From a virus (Duplodnaviria > Caudoviricetes), in the IMG/VR virus record IMGVR_UViG_3300037247_000518, positions 1 through 63,331 of that record: DNA of 63,331 bases. One strand, written 5' to 3'. A program made the translations under genes and the position numbers. Positions 46,343 through 55,411 of the stretch are shown in pieces. The notes below the pieces were generated by a model, which did not search any database, had not been told where the DNA came from, and saw nothing but the letters and a program-made list of their open reading frames with translations. The stretch's first letter is position 1; every line of letters begins with the position of its first letter.

Positions 46343-47845
46343 TTGAGGCCATCTCACATGCCATTGAGTAACGAGGCTGCTCTTGCACCGATGCAAAAGT
46401 CGGCCTTTGACGAGGTTCTGACGGCAGAGGCGACTCCTTCCATCCAGATTCAGTTCCCATATAACATCAACACCGACCTCGTAGAAAAACGAGAGAACAA
46501 TCTGGGGACGGTAACCCAGGCCGACGGTATGGCGGTAATGCAGAGTGGTGCGGCGGCTAATTCAGCAGCCCACTTGCTGTCGAAAGTCTTGTTGAAATAT
46601 AGGCCGGGTCAGGGTGCTCTTGTTCGGTTTACCGCCCTCTTTACGGCAGGGGTAGCCGATTCTGTCCAGTTGGCTGGGATAGGTGAGGTAGGAGACGGGC
46701 TGTTCTTTGGTTTCAATGGAGCGGTATTTTCTATTCTGCGCAGAGAGCAGGGCAAACCTGAAGTCCAGACTGTAACGATCACTAGCGGAGCTGTTACAGC
46801 AACAGGCAACATCACTATCAACCTAGATGGGGTAGCGAAGACGGTTGCCGTAGTCAGTGATGACTCCGCGCGGGAGGTGGCAGTGAAGATCGCCGCAGCC
46901 GACTTCTCGGACACAGGGCTTGGGTGGAGTGCGAGCGTCCACAACGCCACCGTGATCTTCAAAGCCTGGAGCGACGGGAACAAGGCGGGTACATTTTCGC
47001 TAGTTGATACGGATACGACTGGCGTTGCCGGGACATTTGCTGAGACAGTCGCCGGAGTTTCGACTACAAACGAATGGGTTGCTCAAACTGATTGGAACGA
47101 GGATAAGGCTGATGGTGCGGGAGACTTGCCGATCCTAGACCCAACGAAAGGTAACGTCTTCCAGATACGTTATCAATGGCTGGGATTTGGCCTCCTCTCT
47201 TTCGCAATCGAAGACCCTGCGGATGGGGAGTATCATACTGTCCATACGATTCGCTTCGCCAACGCCAATGTCATCCCCTCTTTGCAGAATCCTACTTTGC
47301 CGTTACATGTCATGGCGAAGAATATGGCAAATACGTCTAACCTGACCGTCAAGACAGGCTCTATGGCAGCCTTCGTGGAAGGGCACATCGTAGAGGACTC
47401 CGTCCTCCACGGGGTGTCGAATGCCATAACCGGGCTGGGGACGACGGAGAAGCCAATACTTTCCATCAAGAACAACCTGATCCATCAGAGTGAGATCAAC
47501 CGCGTCCGGGTGAGGCCTGAGTTCATCTCTCTGGCCACCGACGCTACTAAGGCCATCATCTTCAGGATACGCATCCAGTCCACATTGGAGGGGCCAGTTG
47601 CCTTCACGGATGTGGATGCTGATGTCTCAGTGATCTCCACCGATGTCGCTGCAACGGGGGTGACTTCGGCAACTGGTCGGGAAGCCTTGACGGTAACGCT
47701 GGGGAAAACGGACTCCCTGCTGATCAATGTTGATGAACTCGACAAGAAGCTGAACCCCGGTGAGCACATCACCATCACTGCCGAGGCGGTCAGTGGGTCG
47801 TCCCATGAGGCTTCGGCTTCGTTGACGTGGGCTGAGCTATTCTAA
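46343..47845 (+). CDS. Large beta-rich virion structural or fibre protein
   Basis: Thr/Ala/Val-rich; YRPGQG, YQWLGFG, NPTLP; late operon. Confidence 0.5.
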   Translation: MRPSHMPLSNEAALAPMQKSAFDEVLTAEATPSIQIQFPYNINTDLVEKRENNLGTVTQADGMAVMQSGAAANSAAHLLSKVLLKYRPGQGALVRFTALFTAGVADSVQLAGIGEVGDGLFFGFNGAVFSILRREQGKPEVQTVTITSGAVTATGNITINLDGVAKTVAVVSDDSAREVAVKIAAADFSDTGLGWSASVHNATVIFKAWSDGNKAGTFSLVDTDTTGVAGTFAETVAGVSTTNEWVAQTDWNEDKADGAGDLPILDPTKGNVFQIRYQWLGFGLLSFAIEDPADGEYHTVHTIRFANANVIPSLQNPTLPLHVMAKNMANTSNLTVKTGSMAAFVEGHIVEDSVLHGVSNAITGLGTTEKPILSIKNNLIHQSEINRVRVRPEFISLATDATKAIIFRIRIQSTLEGPVAFTDVDADVSVISTDVAATGVTSATGREALTVTLGKTDSLLINVDELDKKLNPGEHITITAEAVSGSSHEASASLTWAELF

Positions 47846-48975
47846 TGCAAGAAAGGAGTCATAAGGGGATGATCCCATTATTCAGGGTTGCGATGCACCC
47901 GAGCGTGCCGAAGCGTGTCGAGGAGACATTGCTGTCAGGCTACATAGGAGAGGGCCCTCGCGTCAGAGAGTTTGAAGAGGCATTCGCTGAGATGCATGGC
48001 TATGTTGCAATGCTGGCAACGAACTCATGTACCTCGGCACTCGATATGGCCTATCACCTGATTGGTCTCGGCGCAGGGGATGAAGTGATCTCGACGCCGA
48101 TGACGTGCCTCGCAACGAATATGCCGCTCGCATTGCGCGGCTGTAAGATCGTCTGGGCTGATGTACACCCGCGCACTGGTAATATCTCGCCTGAGAGCAT
48201 TGCTAAGCTTGTTACGCCCGACACCAAGGCTATCGTCGCTACGGACTGGGCCGGTCGCGCGTGTGACTACAATGCGATCCGCGCAGCGGCGCCTGGCGTT
48301 CCCATTGTAGAAGACGCCGCGCATGCGTTCGGTGCATACTACATGGGTCATCCTCTCACGGCGTTTGGCGGTGACTACATCGCGTGGAGCTTCCAGGCGA
48401 TCAAGCACCTGACGACCGGAGACGGTGGCATGCTGAAAGTGCCCGCTAGTAAATACAGGCGAGCACGGCTTCTGCGCTGGTATGGCCTCGACCGCGAGGA
48501 TTCGACGGCGATGAGATGCCTCCAACAGGCAAGCGAACCTGGGTTCAAGTACCAGATGAACGACATCGCAGCGACTATTGGCCTTGCTAACCTGAAGATG
48601 GCGCAGCATCATGTCAACTTTCATCGCATGAATGCAGCCTACTACGACAGAGCATTGCCACAGGCTGTTATAGGCTTATCTTACCCGCCTCTCAATGAAC
48701 ATAGTGCGTGGATATACACAATCCTCGTTGATGACCCCGCGGCATTTGAACAGCAAATGCAGGAGGCTGGCATTCAGGTGTCGCAGGTACATACACGCAA
48801 CGATATGCAGGAGTGCATGCCGGATGCTGACATTTCTCGTCCACGCCCGGGGCTAGCCGAATTCTCCGCACACATGATTTCGATTCCTGTTGGTTGGTGG
48901 TTGACATCGGAGGATCGCGAGTACATCGCAACGACGGTATCGCTTGCTGTGAAGGAGCCGGTCGGTGTTGCGTGA
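47845..48975 (+). CDS. DegT/DnrJ/EryC1/StrS PLP-dependent sugar aminotransferase
   Basis: NSCTSAL, VEDAAHA, SFQAIKHLTTGDGG. Confidence 0.93.
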   Translation: MQERSHKGMIPLFRVAMHPSVPKRVEETLLSGYIGEGPRVREFEEAFAEMHGYVAMLATNSCTSALDMAYHLIGLGAGDEVISTPMTCLATNMPLALRGCKIVWADVHPRTGNISPESIAKLVTPDTKAIVATDWAGRACDYNAIRAAAPGVPIVEDAAHAFGAYYMGHPLTAFGGDYIAWSFQAIKHLTTGDGGMLKVPASKYRRARLLRWYGLDREDSTAMRCLQQASEPGFKYQMNDIAATIGLANLKMAQHHVNFHRMNAAYYDRALPQAVIGLSYPPLNEHSAWIYTILVDDPAAFEQQMQEAGIQVSQVHTRNDMQECMPDADISRPRPGLAEFSAHMISIPVGWWLTSEDREYIATTVSLAVKEPVGVA

Positions 48976-49630
48976 TAGATGGCGGGCCACACCCTATTTA
49001 TCCGAAGAGGCCTTCCCTGATTCCGGTCGGTATGGGTCGGGAAGTAAAGCGGCATCATTCCTATGGCTTGCTACTCTTTCTGATGCTGTGAATCCTGACT
49101 TTTGTGAAGGGGTAACAGTGCTGGACTACGGATGTGGGCACGGGAGATATGCCCGGTTCATGCAAGAGAGACTTCGTTGGTTCTCCTACTACGGACTGGA
49201 GAAAGATAGCGAGCATGGGAGGTTTAGCATAGCCGAAGCACGCTCCCTGTTTGATGGGGACAGCAGAATACAATTCGATTTTACTGGGAGTGAGCTAGAG
49301 CAGAGAGCGCTAGCGTGTACGAATGTTGGCATACTAGGAAGTGTGCTGACCCATGTCCCAATCGACGAAGCCGAGTACATTTTGCAGAAGATGTTTCCCG
49401 TAACTGAAAGAGGCGGAGTCATTGTAGCTTCTGTATTTTATGGAGAGGAATACGGAACCTTTGGACCTGGCATGTATGGGCATGGCGACTGCTTTAGTTC
49501 TGTTGTATATACCCGCCAACAGATAGCAGAGTTAGCGCTGGCCTTGGGCATGTCTGGGGTTGAAAAGGAATCTTTCGCAGATGGCGCCCATATTCACCAT
49601 GTTCTGAGGATGACTGCTCGTGTTATCTAA
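48965..49630 (+). CDS. Class I SAM-dependent methyltransferase
   Basis: VLDYGCGHGR, SVLTH. Confidence 0.85.
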   Translation: MLRDRWRATPYLSEEAFPDSGRYGSGSKAASFLWLATLSDAVNPDFCEGVTVLDYGCGHGRYARFMQERLRWFSYYGLEKDSEHGRFSIAEARSLFDGDSRIQFDFTGSELEQRALACTNVGILGSVLTHVPIDEAEYILQKMFPVTERGGVIVASVFYGEEYGTFGPGMYGHGDCFSSVVYTRQQIAELALALGMSGVEKESFADGAHIHHVLRMTARVI

Positions 49631-50360
49631 TCTTGTCTCCGTTATCATGAGTACGGTTGACCCGCTCCAGGAGCATACACAGCGGGCGCTCAAGCATCTT
49701 GCGCGGAGCGATGTGCCATATGAGCTTATTCTCCTCAACCGTAACCACGAGTGGAGGACAGGGACGATTGTCAATCAAGGCATCGCCGCGTCGGTAGGCG
49801 GCTACGTGGCGTTTCTGTGCGACGACTGCTTCATCGAACCCGATGCGCTCAGAGTAATGCGAGATGCGCTGCAGGATCCTGAAGTCGGTGTTGCAGGTGC
49901 TCTGCTACAATATCCTAATGGCATTGTGCAACATGCCGGTGGCAGACTACGAATTGTCCCCACGGACGAGTACCGCCCTAATGGGAGGCGTATCTGGGCG
50001 GTGGACTTGAACCACATCGGGCAGGGAGAGCCTTTAGGCGTAGTAAAAACTGAGGACGCAGACTTCGTGACCGGCGCCTGCATGATGACACGCCGAGATG
50101 TCCTTGATTCAATTGGCTGGTATGCTGTGGAGTGCGTCCTTGATTGGGGTGATGTAGATTTCTGCCTGCGTGCGCGCAAAGCTGGGTATCGTATCAGGTT
50201 TGCTGCGTCTGCACGTGGCATCCATATAGAAGCAGCAACACGTGGCATGAGGAGTGGGCCGATAGAATGGTTCATGGAACGCTGGGCTAATTCTCCGCTT
50301 GTGCTGCTGCCAGACGAAGGCGTCGTTCCTGCAGGACCTATCACAGTAGGAGGATCCTAA
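49620..50360 (+). CDS. GT2 glycosyltransferase
   Basis: NQGI...VAFLCDD, VQHAG, VTGACMM, DVDFCLR. Confidence 0.9.
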   Translation: MLSNLVSVIMSTVDPLQEHTQRALKHLARSDVPYELILLNRNHEWRTGTIVNQGIAASVGGYVAFLCDDCFIEPDALRVMRDALQDPEVGVAGALLQYPNGIVQHAGGRLRIVPTDEYRPNGRRIWAVDLNHIGQGEPLGVVKTEDADFVTGACMMTRRDVLDSIGWYAVECVLDWGDVDFCLRARKAGYRIRFAASARGIHIEAATRGMRSGPIEWFMERWANSPLVLLPDEGVVPAGPITVGGS

Positions 50361-51673
50361 TGAGTGGTCTACGAATCTTGTGGAAGTCGAATGCACCTCA
50401 CGTTGGCAGCGGCTATGGCATGCAGGCTAATAGTCTCCTCCCCCGTCTTTGGAAGCATCCTGCGATAGAGGAGATCGGTATCTTTGGTTACTACGGAATC
50501 CAGGGGGGACTCACTGAGCTTCCAGTGGGGACTCGAATCCCTGGAGTAAGCCCCCGTGTGATGCAGCACTATCCAATCGGTGCCGATGGTTGGGGTAACG
50601 ATGTTGTCTGGCAACACGCGAAGCACTTCGACGCTCACGTTGTTATCACACTCATGGATGCGTGGGTTCTTGACGCACAGTACGGGTATGGCGGCTTCTT
50701 GTGGGTTCCATATGCGCCGGTAGATCATGAACCGATCCCTCCGCTAGTCCTTGACCGCTTGCGCAGCGCGTATCATCCGGTTGCGTATAGCAAACATGCT
50801 GCGAAGCTGTTTCAGGAGGCTGGGCTTGACCACCACTACATCCCGCATGGTGTAGAGACGAAGATATTCAAGCCATATGACAAGGGTGGAAAGCTCCAGG
50901 CGAAACGCTGGCTCAAATTCGATGAGGAGCATTTCTTGATCGGTACTGTTGCAGCAAATAAGGGCTGGCCGAGCCGGAAAGGCTACCCAGAACTCCTTGA
51001 AGCGTTCTCGATCTTCCACGAGACGCATCCAGAAGCCCGTCTCGTAGCGCACACGGAGATCGTCGATACACGCTACAACGCGATTGATCTCAGAGTGCTC
51101 GCAGACATGTATGGGGTCGCTGACTATGTGCAGTATTCGACGCCTTACGCCCACCTAATCGGCTTGACACCGCGAGAGATGGCGCGATACTATAATGCCT
51201 TCGATGTATTCTGTCTGCCGTCGATGGGCGAGGGGTTCGGGATTCCGATTCTTGAAGCACAAGCATGTGGTGTGCCTGTGATCGTTACTGACTGGACGGC
51301 GTGTGCTGAGTTGTGCGGTTCAGGATGGAAAGTTAAAGTCGGCAAGAAGATACCAACGCTTTTGAAGTCCTTCCAGGCTTATGCCGACGTGGACGATCTC
51401 GTCCGCAAGATGGAAGAGGCCTACTATGTGTGGAAGGACCCTGATGCGCTGCGCGCAATGCAGCATAAGGCACGAGAATTCGCAATGCAGTACGATTGGG
51501 ATCTCTTGGTAAAGGAGAAGTGGTATCCGTTCATCGACTGGCTCTGGGAGCGAGTGCAGATTAAGACGATGAAGAGGAGTTTCTCTACAAATGGCATCGT
51601 AGAAATACCTGTTGTTTTTGAAAGTGCTTCACTTGAGAATACAACCTTTACTTCGGCTGAGAGGACTTCCTAA
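50360..51673 (+). CDS. GT4 glycosyltransferase
   Basis: IPHGV, RKG, PSMGEGFGIPILEAQACGVP. Confidence 0.92.
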   Translation: MSGLRILWKSNAPHVGSGYGMQANSLLPRLWKHPAIEEIGIFGYYGIQGGLTELPVGTRIPGVSPRVMQHYPIGADGWGNDVVWQHAKHFDAHVVITLMDAWVLDAQYGYGGFLWVPYAPVDHEPIPPLVLDRLRSAYHPVAYSKHAAKLFQEAGLDHHYIPHGVETKIFKPYDKGGKLQAKRWLKFDEEHFLIGTVAANKGWPSRKGYPELLEAFSIFHETHPEARLVAHTEIVDTRYNAIDLRVLADMYGVADYVQYSTPYAHLIGLTPREMARYYNAFDVFCLPSMGEGFGIPILEAQACGVPVIVTDWTACAELCGSGWKVKVGKKIPTLLKSFQAYADVDDLVRKMEEAYYVWKDPDALRAMQHKAREFAMQYDWDLLVKEKWYPFIDWLWERVQIKTMKRSFSTNGIVEIPVVFESASLENTTFTSAERTS

Positions 51674-52233
51674 TGGCCTACAACGCATATGAGCAGAGTG
51701 CAGGCGTATCTGTAATCAAGTCGGTCGAGGAGCACTGTAAGCACCTGACTGATAGTGGTACATTCAGCGCTACAGGTACTCCGGTTCTTGCGCGGGTTGA
51801 ACAGTGGATCGATGAAGCATACTATAGGCTTCAAGGCGAGCTGGCGAAAGAGGGCTATGGGGTCACCGTGGCAGCCGCGCAGACAGCAGTCATCGGAATC
51901 CTCGAGCGCCTGAACGTCTATGGGGCGGTGATGCAGATCGAGTTAGCGCATCCGATCACAGGGCGCGGAGGCGAGCCGAACGACCGCTACGAGGCATACC
52001 GGCAGCTCTGGGACGAGGGGGTTACGATTCTCGCGTCGGATGCTCTCTCTGTTCTGGGCCATGCGCGTGTAACTGAACTCTCTGCGTACACCGAAGTAGG
52101 GGGCATTAGTAAAAGCCAGAAGCGCGTTCTATACGAAAACGCCGACGCTGTGCAGTCCCGCTTCAAGCGCAACTTTGGTAGGAGTCCGCTCGTTTCTGAA
52201 CCTACTTCACCTGATCAGGGGACAGCGGTATGA
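51673..52233 (+). CDS. Head-to-tail adaptor
   Basis: TP....VEQWIDEA...L...GY; position and size. Confidence 0.55.
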   Translation: MAYNAYEQSAGVSVIKSVEEHCKHLTDSGTFSATGTPVLARVEQWIDEAYYRLQGELAKEGYGVTVAAAQTAVIGILERLNVYGAVMQIELAHPITGRGGEPNDRYEAYRQLWDEGVTILASDALSVLGHARVTELSAYTEVGGISKSQKRVLYENADAVQSRFKRNFGRSPLVSEPTSPDQGTAV

Positions 52234-52658
52234 GCTACGGGACAGTAGAGGCCGGACTTCAGACCGAGATTCGGGCGATAGCCGCGTTTAGTGATGGCCA
52301 GGTGTCCATAAGCGATCATCGCGTCTTAGCGACGGGGCATCCTCACGTTGCCATACTCACATATCGTTCATTCGTCGCGGAACGCGACTCGGCAGACCAG
52401 AAGACACTATTCACCTGGACGACTCGCATACAGCTCTATGTTAGGTATACTACCGATGTGGATTCGGCGAAGGCGATGCGTGACCGGCGTGATGACATCA
52501 TCACGAGGATCCTAAATAATCCGAAGCTCAACAACACAGCGTTCGATAGCATGCCGGTACGTGGGAGCGTTTCGATAGACGAAAAGGTCGAAATTGGCGG
52601 CGTGCCTTATCTGGTGGAGTTCATCGACGTGGAGATCGAGGAGCGGGTGAGCGCATGA
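52230..52658 (+). CDS. Tail terminator/completion protein
   Basis: Size and position; NPKLNNTA. Confidence 0.5.
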   Translation: MSYGTVEAGLQTEIRAIAAFSDGQVSISDHRVLATGHPHVAILTYRSFVAERDSADQKTLFTWTTRIQLYVRYTTDVDSAKAMRDRRDDIITRILNNPKLNNTAFDSMPVRGSVSIDEKVEIGGVPYLVEFIDVEIEERVSA

Positions 52659-53107
52659 CTGAAGTGATCGACATCATGCCAGGCGGGCGAGTTATGATCG
52701 GCACTTCAGATGAAGTCCGGGCTGACATACGCGCGCTCCCGTTTAAGAATCTTGCGCGCATCCATGCTACGCACATACTGGAAGCCTTTCCCGATGCGTC
52801 TATTGTTCCTGCACTTAAATCTTGTCGTAGGGCCCTGCGCCCCGGTGGTTCACTAGAGCTATACATGGCCGACTTGCCGTGGCTGCTGGGTAAATTTCTC
52901 GGTGCGCATGGGCAAGGTGAGAAGTGGTCGCATTGGGCGAAGCTGATCTATGAACCTCAAGATGGACAGTGGAGCAGGAGCGGCTTCTCAACACATCGCA
53001 TTGTTGCATGTTTGACTGCCGCTGGGTTCAGAGAGATCAGAGTCCGCAGAAGAAGGCATAAGCCGTGTGATCGCAACGTCGAAGTATATGCGCTTGCTAT
53101 ATCTTGA
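52655..53107 (+). CDS. Methyltransferase-fold protein (Methyltransf_11-like, short N-terminus)
   Basis: ADIRALPF, HILE, RRALRPGG. Confidence 0.7.
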   Translation: MTEVIDIMPGGRVMIGTSDEVRADIRALPFKNLARIHATHILEAFPDASIVPALKSCRRALRPGGSLELYMADLPWLLGKFLGAHGQGEKWSHWAKLIYEPQDGQWSRSGFSTHRIVACLTAAGFREIRVRRRRHKPCDRNVEVYALAIS

Positions 53108-53114
53108 AAGGAGC

Positions 53115-53303
53115 ATGATGCCAAAGCAGAGATTCAGAGACCCGCTAGGACACGAGTTCGAGATTACTACGCAGCAGGCTTCCGGTGCCGAGCCGATTAC
53201 GTGTCCTGTGTGTGGGTGGTTTGGCACGACGAATGATGGCGGGACCGAAGTGCTAGGCGCTTCTCCACCAGTGTCTTCCATGCAGGACGAGGAAGAAGAA
53301 TAG
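53115..53303 (+). CDS. FmdB-like Zn-ribbon protein
   Basis: GHEFE...CPVCG. Confidence 0.55.
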   Translation: MMPKQRFRDPLGHEFEITTQQASGAEPITCPVCGWFGTTNDGGTEVLGASPPVSSMQDEEEE

Positions 53304-53304
53304 C

Positions 53305-54381
53305 GTGAGAATTCTTGCAGTCTCTCCGGTCCCGACATACGCAACATGGGACGTCTTTGACGGCCATGTTCAAGGCCTGCTTGCTAATGGAGTTGAAGTC
53401 GAGCGGATGAACTACTCGAAGATTTGGAACATGTTCGCTGACTTCAAGGAGTTTATGGAGGTCACGGGTAGGGTCAAATTCGATACCGTCAATCATACGC
53501 TCCTCGCCGGTGATAGGATTGTCATGGCTGCGGTCACGCTCGGGGTCGATCTCGTTCACTTCGTTGCTCCTATGCATGTCAACCCCGTGACGCTGCGTGT
53601 CCTCAAAGAACATGCCAATATCAAGACTTCGGCGTACTTTACAGAATGCCCATACGACGACGAATGGGCGTTCAGGCTCGCAGAGTTCTTCGATTATGCC
53701 TTCGTCTGCGATAAGACCTCTGTGCTGCCGTTCAAGGAATACAACCAGAAAACACACTACATCGGTCATGCCTATAACCCTGAGCGGCATCAGCCAAATG
53801 GCAAGAGGGACTACAATGCGGACGTTGTCTTCGTAGGAACCAACTTCCCAAGCCGGATCACATTCATGCAGTCGGTAGACTGGAATGGCATCGATTTGCA
53901 TTTGCATGGGTTGATGCCGCTAGGGAACGCGTCGTCGCTAAGCACGTTTGTCAAAGGAGATAGAGCGATCCCGAATGATGTGGCGCTCGATCTCTACCAG
54001 GGAGCGCGCATCGGGCTACAGATGCATAGAAAAGATGGATATGACCCGATAGCAGCGAGAAAAGGTAAGAAGTCTACTAGGGGCGGACTCATCGGAGCCC
54101 GTCCGCTGGCTAATCTCAAGGCACACAGTCTCGGGCCGCGTAGCTATGAGCTGGCGGCATGCGGCGTATTTCAGGTATGTGACGAAGGGAGGGCAGAACT
54201 GCAGGAAGTCTTTCAAGATACGGTGCCGACGTACAAGACGCCGGACGAATTAGGTGCGCTACTGCGACAGTATTTGGACGATCCTGTGCGTCGAGAAGAG
54301 CAAGCAAAGGCGCAGCATGAGGCCGTCAAGCCGTACACGTTTGAGGCTAGGATGCGCACGATGCTGGAGGCTCTTGGATAG
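53305..54381 (+). CDS. CgeB-family glycosyltransferase (Glyco_trans_1_2)
   Basis: DVVFVGT...R, PRSYELAACG..Q, TFEARM. Confidence 0.85.
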   Translation: MRILAVSPVPTYATWDVFDGHVQGLLANGVEVERMNYSKIWNMFADFKEFMEVTGRVKFDTVNHTLLAGDRIVMAAVTLGVDLVHFVAPMHVNPVTLRVLKEHANIKTSAYFTECPYDDEWAFRLAEFFDYAFVCDKTSVLPFKEYNQKTHYIGHAYNPERHQPNGKRDYNADVVFVGTNFPSRITFMQSVDWNGIDLHLHGLMPLGNASSLSTFVKGDRAIPNDVALDLYQGARIGLQMHRKDGYDPIAARKGKKSTRGGLIGARPLANLKAHSLGPRSYELAACGVFQVCDEGRAELQEVFQDTVPTYKTPDELGALLRQYLDDPVRREEQAKAQHEAVKPYTFEARMRTMLEALG

Positions 54382-54402
54382 GAGGAAAGAGAGGTCTAAC
54401 TA

Positions 54403-54801
54403 ATGCCAGGGCCAATCAAGTGGAGGAACGCGTATCTATACTGGAATGGCGCGTTCGTAACTGAAGGGACGGCCATCTCGGTTAGTTTCGACCGAGAATG
54501 GATCGAAGACACTTCCTATGGCGATACGAACCGTACGTATCAGCCTGGATTCGGTGACTTCGAGATGACCGTCCGGCGGCACTACGACCAGGCTGGCTTC
54601 CGAGGGATAGAGTCGGACGCCATCGCCAACACGCCTAGTGCGCGCGGATTCTACATGTACCCAGACCGCAACGTCGTCACGGACTACTGGTATGGGTCTG
54701 GCTATGTGTCACTCGATGATCACGGAGGCGACATGGGTGGTCTGTGGGACGAATCGTACACGATCAGGCCGTCCACGCAGGTCTTCCATTCGGTAGCTTA
54801 G
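54403..54801 (+). CDS. Major tail tube protein
   Basis: EDTSYGD..RTY.PG..D; precedes chaperone and tape measure. Confidence 0.75.
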   Translation: MPGPIKWRNAYLYWNGAFVTEGTAISVSFDREWIEDTSYGDTNRTYQPGFGDFEMTVRRHYDQAGFRGIESDAIANTPSARGFYMYPDRNVVTDYWYGSGYVSLDDHGGDMGGLWDESYTIRPSTQVFHSVA

Positions 54802-54830
54802 TAATCTAGCACACCATAAGGAGGAACCTA

Positions 54831-55408
54831 ATGGCACTCAGGAGAAAGGCGAGCACTACTACACTGACGTTCGGAGAGGACTGGATCGAAGTTCGTACAG
54901 ATCGCAAGTATGGAGATACGGTTCTCGCGCAACGTGCCGCAGCAGGCAGATTATCCGCAAGGTCTGCTGCGGCACGTCGCAAGGAGGGAGATGACGATGT
55001 CGATGTTACCTTCGACATCAGCTCATTTAACTTGTCTCTATTGGCCTCGATGATCATAGCCTGGTCTGACAAGGAGCCTGTTACCGAAGAGAACATCCAG
55101 GAGCTACCTGACGATGTCATCCAGGAAGTACTTCAGGCTATCACAGGGGGTTCAGAAACCGAAGATGAGAAGGCCCCTTTAGAGAGCAGCTCTACTTCGC
55201 CATCGGAGTCGCAAGAAGAAAATGGGAAGCAGGAGACCCCGACGATAGAGGCTGGCCAGCAAGACTGACCTATCTGCTAATATGGGAGCGGTGGAACTTC
55301 AGGTCATATTACGATTTGATTGCCACGCCGCAGTGGGTGATTGACGACATGCTGCTCATCATGGAAGCTGAGCATCTAGTCGAAGAGGAGCCTGAGCCTA
55401 AGAGGTAG
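54831..55408 (+). CDS. Tail assembly chaperone G (54831-55268) and -1 frameshift product G-T (to 55408)
   Basis: In-frame slippery heptamer C CCT TTA at 55175-81; -1 frame open to TAG at 55408. Confidence 0.8.
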
Positions 55409-55411
55409 TTA

